Below are positions 22,722-36,600 of a stretch of DNA of 54,533 nucleotides, piece after piece. The stretch's first letter is position 1; each line of letters begins with the position of its first letter. The DNA is taken from positions 1 to 54,533 of the forward strand of contig RBZT01000575.1 of the NCBI GenBank assembly GCA_003693705.1, given 5' to 3'. The notes below the pieces were generated by a model. It saw only the letters and a program-made list of their open reading frames with translations, ran no database searches and was not told the origin of the DNA. This stretch comes from Polymyxa betae A26-41 (Eukaryota > Protista > Endomyxa: Phytomyxea). Position numbers and translations under genes: made by a program.

Positions 22722-24123
22722 TTAACAAACTCTGAACGACGGCTCTTCATTAGTCTGTTGGGGGAATTCGACATCGCTATCGTCTGAATAGGATTCCCAT
22801 TCAATAATGGGGTTGTCATCGGCGTCATCTTGACGAAACTTCGGTGTCACAACCCCAACAACACCATTGTCGTCACTCGTATAGAGTATCTTTGTCACAT
22901 CATCAAATTGTTAAATTGAGAGGTGTGTTTTATACCTGATCGTGTTCATCCCAAAGAACAGCGCTTAGATCTCCAAGCCCGACGGCTATTTCTTTGAGCC
23001 GCATTCCTCGCTTTCCAAATTGTTCAAATACATTGATAGAATGACCATCTGGGAAATAAACCGAATCTGAAGAAACCGCAAACCTAAAGGTGATCAATGC
23101 TGCTGAAGACGACGAGCGCTTCGCTAAACAGACTGGATATGTTTGGGCCGATTATGTCTGTAGTTTGAGAATGCATGCGAGTGGACTGGCTTGCACAGAC
23201 CATGACTTCCGTCAACTCTCCAACCGATTACACGATCGCCGCACAAAGATGCAAACATCTATTCAGAGATCATATGTTTCTGCACAAACTCCATAAAAGT
23301 ACTTTTACATTGGAACCGAAAGGGTTGAATTGTAATCCCGTAATAGGACGAATTCCGACATGAGAAACCGAAGGTATTTCATACAATGGCTCTACAGCTG
23401 GTCAGTAAAGATCTGAGAAGACACAGAACGAACTTGGTCTTCGAATATCAAACATAGTAATCGTCTGATCAGCGCGACCAACCACACAATGATATTGGTC
23501 TGCAACAGACCAAGCAGAGCAGGTTGCTGCTCGAGCGCTATCGTTCTTCATTCGGCTTACGCCCAAAATTTGACTATGGCTGCCGCTTCGGATATCAACT
23601 AAGCGAGTCCCTTCGAATCCATCCAAGCAGGCAACAAATAACTAAACATTTGTCAACAACAAATCCTGTGAGGAAGCTAGTATATTACTGTATGGTCAAC
23701 AGGAGACATTGATAAATGTGTTAATGAAATTTCAGCTCCGAAACTGATATCTGAAGCCAAGGATGAAGTAGCGACGTCCAGGACCCGAATATGGCCAGAA
23801 ACGTCAGCAAGTATGGCGACAGCGCCATCAGCAGCGTACCATTCACAGCCGACCAACGGAAACTCATTACGATATTGCCATGACTCTACACGAAAATCAC
23901 CGAAACGATCCCGCCTACAGACATGAAGCCTAGAGCCGGCCGTCACGCCTAGGATCCCGCCCGGGCCAGATAATGCCAGCGATCTCAGTCTGGACTCCGA
24001 TACGCTGACATAGTCAACGTTGACAGTTCTGGAGCGTCGAACGTCATGCAGATGTCGCGAGAAGGCCAGAGGCGAAATGAGACTGGACTCTCGTCCAGCG
24101 ATCTCAATGGGTCCAAGACGCAT
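22722..24123 (-). CDS. ERCC8: Divergent WD40 protein, Cockayne syndrome A / ERCC8 / Rad28-like
   Basis: N-terminal helix GRESSLISPLAFSRHL (DDB1-binding box-like), EWYAADGA, RLVDIRSGSHSQIL, AWS..QYHCVVGRADQTITMFDIRR and an acidic tail EWESYSDDSD. TAA at 22722-22724. Confidence 0.75.
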
Positions 24124-24633
24124 TCACATGTGAGGAGGTCGCGCATCACTCAGATACCAAGACTGCATAGAGGACGGAACATGAGGTGTCCATTTGCTTC
24201 TTGGTAATGATATTGTCCTCATGTGATCAAAGATGACGTTGTGAAAGCGTGAACTGCAATTTGTCGCATTTCAGATGAATCAACCAAAGGGGCCTTTTTT
24301 TCTCCCTATGCCTATTCTCGTTTACCAACTGCAATCAGGATGCGTTAGAGATTTCCGTTAGCGGGCATGCTAAGTCTTCGAATGCGTTTAGAGACAGTGA
24401 GCATGAAGCGCCGCCGGCGTATTTCGTACCATCTTGGTCCCACTATCACAAGCATAATTGGCGCGATCGGTTCATGAATGCCCCTTCAGATCCGCAGACA
24501 GAATATTTCGACCCAGGCTTCGTCAACTTACGTAATAACGAAGCGTGATCTAAGAATACTGGAACCGATATAATCACAATAAGTATATTATTCTGCTAAT
24601 GTATGATTCACCAGTAAAGAAGCAGGCGACTCG

Positions 24634-27600
24634 CTAATCCGAGCCGCTGTCTTTCCCGGATTCCTTATTCTCTTGACCACCGCTACGGTTGCTGCTATCG
24701 CTGGAAACAATAATTGGTTGTCGCGGCGCAGCAGCAGCTCTAATGGAGGTCTGGCGAAGGCTTTGGATCTTATGCTCTTCGTCCATTTGATCATTGCCAC
24801 TGCTACTGTTGCTCCTCGGATCATCATTCATTGGAGCCGGTCTTGCAGCAGAGACAACTTTGATTGACTTCTTTCGAAGATCTCGCCGTCGCTTCATCTC
24901 TTTCCGTTTCCGTTCATTTTCCTCATCATTGCCACTATCGCTGTCCGATGACACAACTGTTTGCGTTTTCTTTCTTGGCAAAATTGACGGCGCCGGTTTC
25001 TCAACTTCGCTGCCGTTCTCCGAGGACACAGCTGCAGAAGGTCTTGCCGCTGGGGCAACACGTCGTCGTACAGGCGCTAAAGGTGCTAATTTTCTGGCCG
25101 GGACAGCAGGAGGGAGCTCTGGTAGAGGCACAACGGAGGGCTGAACTTGTTGCGAGAGTTGTGATTGCTGATGACTAAGAGGCATTGAAGCATCTGTAGG
25201 TGCAGTAGGTGATAGAGGACGACTGAGAGTCTGTTGCATATAGTTAGCAATGTAGCCAGGACAGACTTCATGGAATATACCGGAGCTGCAGCGACCGTTG
25301 GAAGTGAATGTACTCTTATCGAATCTGCTACAGCATTCATTAATTCACATTTTGTTTCATCAAAGGTAATGATACCTTGCACAACAGGCTGTTCAGTAAC
25401 TTGCTCCGCATTCTGTTTAGAAGATTGTTTTAGGGCTTGTTCTACATCTAGAAGGAGAGGTTGTTCGCTAGAGTCCTGTGTAAGTTGTAAAGAACGAATG
25501 CCTGGTGATGTTTCAAGTCCAGATTTCGGCACTTCTGATTGTTCTGCGACAGGATTCAGTGAAACTTGCCGAGTGGCAGAAGCCGTAGCAGTCTGTAGCA
25601 CAATGGAAGACATAATAGAAAATTGCCGAGATCTAGTTCGTGCTGGACGAGCGACTGTATCTTTCGTGATACATTTCCGACATCTTGTTCGGAATTTCTG
25701 AAATCGGAAATGAGCTAATGTGAAAACAGGCAACTGTTTGCAAACTTGCCTGAATTTGTTGGAAATGCATACGCCACTTTTCGTTCTCGCTCGTACCGGA
25801 CATGAAATCAGGGTTTGCAATAAGCTTGTCGAACTCGTCGACGATCTCAATAAACGGAACCAGTTGCTCAACGGTAAGATTCTGCGGGTTGCCACATTGT
25901 TCACAAGTCCCTGGAAAAATCGTCAACCTTGGTTCCGACGCTGCAAGCAATTACCACCTTTCCGTTGAGCGTATGTCGTCGTCATGACCAGCGAGCGAAG
26001 CTTGATGTGGCGTCGAGACTTGCTCAGCCACCAGTTGCTAATTTGTTTTGTCGACTCCGACCGATCACCCAGGAAAATCTTCCAATTTAAATCAGATAAA
26101 TCGTGGGCAAAAAATTGAACAGAGCAAACCTCCTCCTTCTTTTCTTCATCTGATTTCATTCCATCACTGTCAGATGATACTTCGTTAACATTATCGAAGT
26201 GTCCATCAGCCTGCTGCCTAATTAACTGTTCGTATTGCTCGATCAGATACGGCCTATTGCGTTCAATCGACCTGAAAATTCCACATAAGCTAAAGCACAT
26301 CATCATCTGAATTGCATTTTACCTTGGCGTCAGAACAGACGTGAGATGATGCAACAGCCACAACTTGTTATATTTCAAGAACTTCAGTCGAACAGCTTCT
26401 GACGCGATATTCTTCCTTATATCGTATTTTTCTTCGTATTCGCTGAGCTCCGGAACATCTTCTTCTTCATCGGCCTCTTTCTTTGGCAAATACCATAGTT
26501 GTGCCCAGTCTGCACCGATACAGAATAACTCACGAAAGATCATGCAAGAGAAAACGGTGAATCCGGCAATGATAGGCGTAAGTTGATCAGCAAAAGCGGC
26601 GTAGCTCGATCGCAACATTATCGTATAACCGAACACGAGCGTAATGATGCCAAACGCGTGAAATCCGGCCATGAAATAGAATTGTGATGAGAAACACAAT
26701 TGATCTAATTTCTGCCATTCAGGTTCCAACGTCGTATCGATTTCAGTCTCGTCAGGCTTCCAGCGAGTTTGGCGAATCCGGAACCGATAACTAGGCAATA
26801 TCTGATTAGCTTTAACGTTAAAGAAAACATGTGTTTACTTTGCGAATTCGACGTAATCAAAAACAGGCCACGTGTGGAATAACTCTTGAAGGTTAAGCAG
26901 GATGACATCAATACCTGGAAACACCATTCAGTTATAGATGCGGGTGAGTAACAAACACCATCCGGACCGAATTGCCAAGCAATGATGACACAGCTGAACA
27001 GAAAAAATATCAGTAAATCACTGCTGGTCATGCCGTAGTTCGTGGGCATCTGAGTCTCTTTGTTGAACAGGACGATTAGAAGCAACGTGATGGGAGACAG
27101 AATCAGAGCAAGCGTATCATTGGCATAGCCGCAGAATGCGTCAAGCATCGGTTCGATGGTCTGAGACTCCAATTCTTCTTCCATTAACACCACCTAGATA
27201 TATTTAGTACCACACACCGCATCAAGTCAGCAGATAACCTTCTTTTCAAGAATGGCTGCAGCGGCGTCCTTTTTCTGGCGACGTAACGACTGCACCTGGA
27301 ACCGGCCCCAAAAGATCGGGACCTTCTGTGCAACATATTTCCCAATCGGGTTGATGTAGATGCGTTCTCCAGCCTCCATTCAGAGTCAGTTAAGAATTGA
27401 AGTGATTCTGTAGAGAGTACCATAAAGGCCAGATCGACAGCGTAACCCAGCACGAATGCGGCTAGATCAGCGGCACCGACAGTAACCACGAACTGTGTGA
27501 TCATGAAACTGACCTGTTTAAGGCGCGAATGAACAGACTGTTTTTGCAAACTTAAACAATGTACCATCAGCGGAGACGTCAGCGTGGCGTCTTCAATCAA

Positions 27601-30600
27601 GCCACCCAAGACGACTTCCAAAATGTTCCCGATGACTAATTTTTCAGTTTAGATTACAGCAGTTTCAAATTTTTTGATGAAATGACCCTTCATGAGAATA
27701 ATAAATGCAAACGTGTTATTGGCGAATAGATTGGTGTAGGAAAATTCGAAGATGTACAGCAATAGCAGCGACATCATCACCGAATACAATATGATTTGGA
27801 GTCGGCGCCATGTAACAGGATTCCAGAGCTCCGACGCACGGGGATGGCGATCGGAACGTTTTGAAACCATCAGACGTGACCCTTTGAATTAGATTAATCG
27901 AATGCAAACACAGGTGCAAACACAGGTTGAATTCGACATACCCTGGAACAGAAGGCAGAAACCAAACGCCAATAAACTGACGCCAAGACGTCCCGTCTTA
28001 TAGGTTAGTGTAAGTGTATCGGTTAGATCGGCTGTGTTCTGATAATCGCCGTTGACAGCACCGAACGGGTACAACATTGAAAAAAAAGCATAACTTCGAC
28101 CGTTCTGTCAGATATGTTTTTTGAGCAAAAAAAGACGTACATGTAAAGAGTAACAAAACCGATTGGGACCATAATGCAGAAGCCGCCAAATGAAGGCGAT
28201 GGAATGACGATTTCGAAATAAGGAAAGAAACGGAACGGTGACGGCGTTTTCGAGCGAATCAAAGTCTTATTGATCAAAAAGAAGGCGCCGATCGTGATAA
28301 ATGCAGCCAGGCCAATGGCACAGAACAAAACCGTATACAGCTCCAGACCGAATGAGAACGAGTTCATCAAATCAAACCAGCCTATTAGACAAGGTATTAT
28401 TGAATCAGTACGATCTGCGACTTCAGCAATGACTACCAAGAGGGGTCCAAGTGATGTGAAACTCGTAGGTCTGCGACCAACTCACAGTTTTATTGTCGCT
28501 CATGATCTGTTCGACCACCCATGAAGGAACCTATAATGACGTCTAAGTTCCGAAGCAGTGAAGAGAGCGATAATTGCACCTCAATCCATTGTGTAAGGTT
28601 AACGGTGCCCTGAATCAGCCTTCGCAACTGCGATGTTCGCTGATAGTACTGCAGCTGAACTTCGACGTAGCCTGGGATGTAAAGATGATCGGAATCGGGA
28701 CGATCAGATGCAACAGTTATCGGCACTAATGAATCAGTTCCGATTAAGTTCTGGAAATACTTGTACCCCTGGAAATAGTTCTCGTTCGATGTCGGGTCTG
28801 CATTTCATATCAGCAGAATTCCAAAAAAAAAAATCCGGAGAATAAACAAATAATCAGCTCCATTTAATGAGCCCATAGCCATAGAGCAATAAATCTTGAA
28901 ATCCAGCATAAAGTGAGTTACCTCGAGTCAGATAGAACATAACGTCACCAGTTTTGAGCTCAAACCATCGAACTCGAGGGCGAATGATTTTCAGCTCTTC
29001 TTCAATTTGGCAAGTTGTAGTGAAATCGCAAATGTCGCTCTGGCCTGTCAGACCAACATCGAATGACCCGACAGGAATGATGGTCTCCGGCTGCTGGCAA
29101 GCATCGGGTATCGAAAGCGCGTACTCGACAGGGATATGCGTTGAGAACCTGCAATTTATGGTCAATCGTACAGCCCAAAAGCCAACCGCGTAATTTACTT
29201 TTTACAATCCTTGATGAAAGGGAAGTAGTGCAGCGGGACAACAATTCGATCGGTCTCGCCCTGAAACCCGGTCACCCAATAGCCAGCTGTCTGTGCGACG
29301 ACGGTGAGATTTTCTTTCAGCTGACCGATGTTGGTGTAATTCTCATTCAAGCCAACGTCAATGAACACTTCCGTATTGTTCTCCAGAGGGAGATTCAATG
29401 GTAGATCAAGTTGAAGATCATCGAAAGTATCCTATTTTTGAGTTGTAAGATCTTGATCGGATTAACGGACTGAGAAAGTCACCTTTTCGACAACGGCATA
29501 AAAAGCGTAATCGTAGGATTTTGCAAGCGGATTCATATCTGACCGGCTTGGCCTGAACGTAGTTATATTAACCGTGTTTTTGAACTTGTACATTTCGTCA
29601 ATAAAGAAACCGTTGAATAGCTGCAAGTTGCAATCAGCGTGAGCAACACGAGACCATACACAAGCCCACCTCGATTGACACGGTGACTTGAATAGGACGA
29701 ACAGCGTAGAGAAAAACCTCAAAGAGAATTTGCTTGTAGGGATCTGGATCATCCCAGAACCAACTTGGTAATTGCATGGCCTCAGGACGTCCATTCACAC
29801 GAATTGCTAAGAAAAAGTGGTCGTCGAATTTGATACTGAGAACCAAAAATAAAGGTGATGAAACGAAAGGAGTGAGAGTCATACTATGGCTTGTTCCGCC
29901 AGTCGATTTGAAGAATCGCCATTTCAAGCGGCTCGACCGAGAACATGGTCTCGCCACTGGATAGAGGGTTGATTGAGGCAATAACAGCACAGAAACGGAG
30001 CTCCTGGCAATCCTTAAAACATGAATTGATAGATTTGGCACCGGGATCGGATGTGGTTCCAACTAAAGCAGAATTATAAGGCATAAGATTGTCAGATAAA
30101 ACAAAACAAAATACGCGGGCATTTAAATTGACTTCCCAGCGCTGATGGCTGAATCCACATTCCGGCAGGACAGTAGTAGCCAGCCTCACAGGGGAATTCC
30201 GGGTAACTTTCATCGGACGTTCGGTTAAAACAGTAAAACCCAGCTGGGCAAACGTTGTCGAACTGTGATGTAGGTGTCGTACCTAGGCACAATGAATACT
30301 GAAAATTGAGCGACGTTGATTTACGAACCTGCTGGACAATAAAACCCGCCAGGACAGGGGAATTCCTGCGACATTGCCTGGGTCGTCCCATTTGGACATA
30401 CTTGCCCTGGAGGACACAGCAGATTAATATCGGCCTCCGGAGGTAATGTTCGGCCTATGAAATGGTACTCAGAATGAAAGCGTCAATCGAGGAGGAAAAA
30501 AACAACCCTCGGTGCCGCACACCCAGCCGGCGTTACAAATGGTGCACTTATCAACACTGATCTGCCCTTGAAGTTCACCATAACGACCCTCGGGGCAAGC

Positions 30601-33600
30601 TAAGCAATAACTGGGCAGTGGATTCAGACTAAATCTTAATGACGGATTAAAACCGAGCAGACCGCTGATGAATATTATCTTCACGATAACGTCCCTATAC
30701 AGTCCCCATTAACAGACAGTGAAGCGCCAAACTGCAACTATACCGCAGGGCAAATCTCGGGAATGACAGTGCCCGACTCAGCGCACGAGTATCCTTCAGG
30801 GCAAACCCAGCAACCGTAAGTGTCATTAATACTCGAAAAATACCCGGGTGGGCAGGGCTCCGGCAGGATCTCTCCCGGCTGCCGAGAGTACTTCCCAACT
30901 GCACACCCATAAATGAGAAATCGGATCAGTACATGGCAAAGCAATCTTACATCCAACAAGAATGGGCGCAGACGACCCTTGCGGACAGTAATAGCCAGGC
31001 GGGCAGATCGCCGTTCCGGTGGGCGAGAAGCTACCTTGCTGACAGTAATATCCTTCGGTACAAAGCTGAGGGGTCGAAAAGTTCTGATATTGGTAAACAG
31101 ATGTAGCGACCCCCTCAATACAGTAATATCCGGCTGGGCAGGCTTGTGGCTCTTGCAGCCCAGAAGTTGTATTCGGCAACGCCATCGTTCCTGGTGATTC
31201 CTTTTAAAGCAAAATCCAAGCATTTCCCAGATACTGGTACCGGCATCACAGAAATAGCCAGGGGGGCATGGTCGAGAGGGCGCTGCCAATCTTAAATCAT
31301 CGCAGACGTAACCGGCTGGGCACGTTAATGGGGGTTGTGCAGGATCAGGGCAGATCTGATAAATAAAAACTGTCAGAATGTTGGGAGACGCGAAAGATGA
31401 AAGTACCATTCCGAAGGGACAATATTGGCAAATTGACTGCCCAAATAGAATATTGTATGTGCCACGATAACATGGAATTGGATGAGAATTACCAACACCT
31501 GGTGGAAAGAAAATCAATCAAAATCAAATCGAAGTCGAGTTGTCCAAAGATAAAAAACACAATACAAAAGCCAAAGAGACAAAGTTAGATCACTTTTACC
31601 TGGACAAAATGTACCAGGAGGGCATTGGATCGGAACACCATTGGGACAGTAGTGCCCGGTCGGGCAAGCCCCGTCACCTTTGATTACTTTTCAGACGGAA
31701 ACTTTGAGAGTTTCATCTTCTCTTTACCTTCACTGGTTTCAGACGCTGGGCCGCACCAGAATCCAGGCCGGCAAACGACAGGCCGATCTGCAACGACCTG
31801 CGACCTGTACAGATACGACGTACCGTCCCACTGTGCATTGGAATACTCTATAATCGCCTGGCTAAATGTTGTATTGGAAGAGCCCTGGGCAGATTTTGAG
31901 ACGAGGATACATCAAACGATATGGTACACACAAACTGGACCCCTGGAGGGCAATAGAATCCGGATGGGCATGGTTGCGGGTAGGCAGTAATTGGTACAAC
32001 GCTGGATGTTGAAACTTCCCGAAGTTCAGAAGCCGGTGAGTGCGCATTTCTGCCGACAAAGTATACAAGATGAATCAATCCTTGATCTGTTACTGACCAT
32101 GGCATATTAGACACTCGCTAGGCATACCGGCGACGAACTTACGAGGAATATCCGGTAGAATGCGTTCGTCGAGATACTGGAGATTGTACACCCAAGACGA
32201 AGATGCTACATCGGCCAACTGAGCGACACTGTTCCCGTCAGTTTTCCATATAGATGCCTGTTGGGCGATGGTTCCATTCGGAAACAACCCTGAAGATATA
32301 TGAGATGAATACCGGAACAGATATCTTGTCCCAACCATCTGCCACGAACAGAATCTCACTGCCGAGTATTACGGCAGCGTACTGCGGATTTGGTCCAACT
32401 GACCCAACAGTAAAGTCGCTGCTACCATCGGTGGCATGCAGGGATGAAGTCACAACGAAAAACATTCGACCTCTGAAAGTGCAGAGGTACATCGGGGAAG
32501 CAATAAACGTGAGAAACAATGTACTAGAATTTGCGGCATCCGTTCTCCACAGCTGCGTTCCACTAAAATAAAGTTTATAAGTGCACATTTCTGCGATAAG
32601 ACTCAGCCTTACATCGAGTAATACACAAATCCACCGAAATTTGTCCAATAATTTACCGACGACAGAGATGACGACAATGAATGTAAGACGATAGGCTGAG
32701 TCGAGGCAGGTGTGGCAGAATACAGACTGAACGCCGCTCCATTATACGCAGTGAAAACAAACCGATTAGGTGCTGCACCAGTCCAGATTGTTACGTTACT
32801 TGAGCCAGTCGGGTTCAGTTCAAAAAGCAGCCTGCTTTGACCAAACGATGAACTGCACAAGAACAGCTCTGTGCCTCTCTGAGTATCCCAGTCAACATGC
32901 AGTGTTGAGCCTGAACGAAAATCAGCAGAAGCTCTAAATCGATAATCGGAATGTACCGTTGACATTAGTTGTGAGATTGGCGCAAACGAGGGTGTTGCGT
33001 TCAACATACAGCCCTTGTTTACGAAAGCCAGCTTGCCTTGAGGCGCCGAACTGCAATGGTCGCTGAGCTTTCCAACGATCATACACCTGGAGCATTTGTC
33101 AGAAAAGGTTACGAGACAAACCAGATCGACTGACTTTAATATCGACACTGATCCCAGGTGGACACCAATATCCGGAAGGGCATAACTGCATTGGACGGTC
33201 TAAACCTGATTCTGGGCAAACGTAACCTGAAAGCAGCAACATTTAGGGCTTAAAATCGAAATATATTTTGCTTTCACCTGGTGTGCAAAGAATTGGAGAG
33301 TTGTTCCCTGAACCCGGACAGTAATAACCACGAGGGCACGGAGAGCAGCTCACACGGTGTGTTCCATTACTGTAGGTACCTGAAGGGCACGGTTTTTGGA
33401 AGATACCATTGTCATAAGGACAATAATCCCCAGGCACACATGGCTTCATAACGAAAGGCCAGCCTACCAGATAGTTTCCAGCAGAAACGTCCTAAACTGT
33501 TTGTTAGAAGGATTATAAAAAAGCAATAATTACCTACGTTCACTGTAAGTTGTTTAGAGGCAGTAACCCAGAAAAACCCTCCATCATTTGAGACTGACAC

Positions 33601-36600
33601 CAAATAGGAGATCCCCAATTTAGATCTGGCCGGAATCTGACAGCTCAGCTGGCTAATAGAACCAGCGGTGCAGTTTGCAGCATTGATTATTTCCGAATGG
33701 TTCTGGAACCGAACCGATGCACCGAAAAAATTGTTGCCCATGACCGTAAACCAATCGCCAGGAAGACCTAAGAAAAGACGTTAGCAGACAGATAGATACC
33801 TCAGCATATTACCGGAGGTGGGCGAAATAGATGAAATGGCAGGAATATCACGAGCAATAAGAACGGATTTTGTCATAACTGTCCAGGTAAACCCGCTATT
33901 GGGAGAGAGCGCCAACGCTACCGGACCGGCAGACATAATTGATGGGGTCCTGCAAACTAACGACGAATTTGTCTGCGTATGGCATTGGTGAGAAATGGCG
34001 ACGATTGAACCTGGCTTACAATATAGGTTGCTGGCACAACCACGTCATTAAAGCGGCATCTTAACGTCGTGGCTTCAACAAACATCTGGCCGATGACAGA
34101 AACCGCAGTGCTGAAAGTCGTTGGAACAACGGAAGGCACAGTCGAATTGAGGCTGAGGTCGTACACCTATCAGAATTTCTTAAGCGGCGAATAATTGAGG
34201 TTGAAATCAAGTCTTACTTCAATCATAATGCCAGAATCGGCAAATTGTTGATCATTATAGGATATCTCGACAGAACAGTTGAGTGACGGAGCCATATAGG
34301 GCAGTGTACCGCATAGAGCGGCGGTCGAAGACAACCAAGTCGCTAACGTGACAGTTCCACCACAGAATCTACAGCGAAGGAACGGATGCGATACGAACCC
34401 GCCACCGGATAAAGTGATGTTGGCTACACCTATTGAAGGCACGATGGAAGGCACAGCACTGTGTATGCTGATTCGAGGAAGATAATTGTATGTTGTAATG
34501 CCAGAAGGAATATCGTCCGCCCCATTTGGTCGTAAACTCAATGTGACAGTCCCAGCTAGCGCAAGTTAGAAACGAAATACATATGATTCGTTGTTATTTT
34601 CATTACCGGATTGAGCCGGAACAGTGCACATCATCTGGGTGTTCGATAAAAAAACGGCGCGTGATGCCTCCTGACCAAACATGCATAAAGCAAACGATGA
34701 GTTTAAAAAATTCGTTCCTGTAAAAGTAATGTTATTTAGCCCAAATTCCGGGCCTGTCAGTGGCGATATTGCAGTAACGACAGGAACATGGTAGAAAAGG
34801 AATCTGCGGGATGTTGCGCTTTTATCGATTCCTGAAATCCAAGAAATATTACGAGCTGAATACGCGAACAATAAATCTTACCGTTATTGCTTATAGACAA
34901 TTGTACAGTCGAAGCACCTCCTGTTGCTGGAGATAAACAAGTCGCGATACTATCTGAGATGAACGTTGCATTTGCCGATAGAGAACCTCCGAAATGGCAA
35001 GCCAACAGGGAAGAATTTTCGAAACCGCTTCCAAAAAGCGTGACAAAGGTAGAACCGGAAATTGGGCCAAGATTTGGATAAACATGATCAAGGCGTAAGC
35101 CAATACCAGCGTTACTTCCTGTTGTAAGATTCGAATGTTGAATAAAACGGAACATCACGGACGATGCAGACCAATCCACACCATCATTATCGGATATTTG
35201 AACTGATACATTCGCCGGCAAGACCATTCTGTCAGCTGAGTTAGTCATTGAAATTACATTGTAGAAAGTTGCTTACAGAGGAGTTCGACAAGCCATAGCA
35301 CTAACAGAGAGACATCGACTTCCAGTGGAGCGCCAGGTGCCGTTGAATAAGCAAGTACACAAGTTAAAGGCTGATTTGAAATTACTTCCTTTGATTGTTA
35401 TCCAAGTACCACCAGCGACAGGGCCTGATAACGGGCTGACAGCGTTGGCAAATAGGCGCGAGCCGCCTGTAAACCGGTCAAAGCAAATTTCAAGGGAAAA
35501 AAATAAAGATACCATAAAGAAAAGAAATAGATCCGGAAAAGGCTTGGCCATTGTTGCTTGCTGAAACTGTGACATAGGTTGCCGGCATTGTTGCGCCAAA
35601 GGTGCCTGTCGCAGCTGGAACAGAACATCCTATTGCCGTGTTATTGATAAAAGTCGCCTTGCTCGTTCCGTTTCCTAATGAAGGATCGTAAGTGTGGGTT
35701 TAAACTAGCTCACTGCAAAAAAAATACCGAATCTGCACATTAGCGTAGAAACGTTAGCGAATCCGGCTCCTCGTAAGATGGCGGCTGTTAAATAACGACC
35801 AAGAGGAGGGTATACAGATAGAGCATTAGCTGAGCTACTTTCAACAGTGATGTTGAGAGGGTTCGAGCAATAATCGAGACCGTTATTGCTGACAGTGAGA
35901 GGGATCACAGAGCCAACACCCGAAAGAGCAGGAGCAAGGCACGTAATAGAAGTGTTATTTAGCCATGTCGGCCGTACGGTAACATTGGTGCCAAATCGGC
36001 ACCGTAGAGTAGGAGAATTGATGAATCCAATTCCGGTTATGTGAATTAATGCAGGCGCGCGTGCTGGCGATGCACTCTTCAGCACGAGATTACGATGGAA
36101 ATCGTAAGGTAATCTAGAAACGCCAAAGCTCTCACCGCCATTCAATGAAATAGTAACCGACGTCTGAGTGTTCGAATTCGGTAACGAAATATCAGGAGTT
36201 AAACAGGACACGAGACGATTCGATAAAATCGTGCCATTTGTTAGCCAAACTTGCCCTTGAGGTCCAGTAAATTGACACTTAGGAATTATTGAAGCGGATG
36301 CTGGTATCATCTGGCTAATTGTGATGTTCAACTTAGTTCCTCCAGATGCGGGTCCCAAAAGAGGCGATAACGTCATTAACGTATCGTCATATGTGATGAA
36401 CGACGGGCTTGGAGCATGAAAAACGATGTTTTGATCAAACCGCAAATGAACAGTGACAGCCACAGAAGTTGCATAATCAGCCGAAAAGGAGCATAATACA
36501 GTCGTGTTGTCCAGAACAGCAGCGCGATAAACAGGGGCTGCAACTTCAGGAGTAAATTCACACCATAAAGGCAGCTTTGAATTGAAGCTGGCTCCATGTA

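Noticed and set aside
22200-22828. 119-aa ORF downstream of ERCC8
   Set aside because: It overlaps the ERCC8 last exon in another frame and has no recognisable motif; it may be 3' UTR.
1841-24123. Apparent ubiquitin/ERAD gene cluster (RING-H2, MARCH6, ERCC8)
   Set aside because: These are common gene classes interspersed with unrelated genes; no shared regulation is visible.
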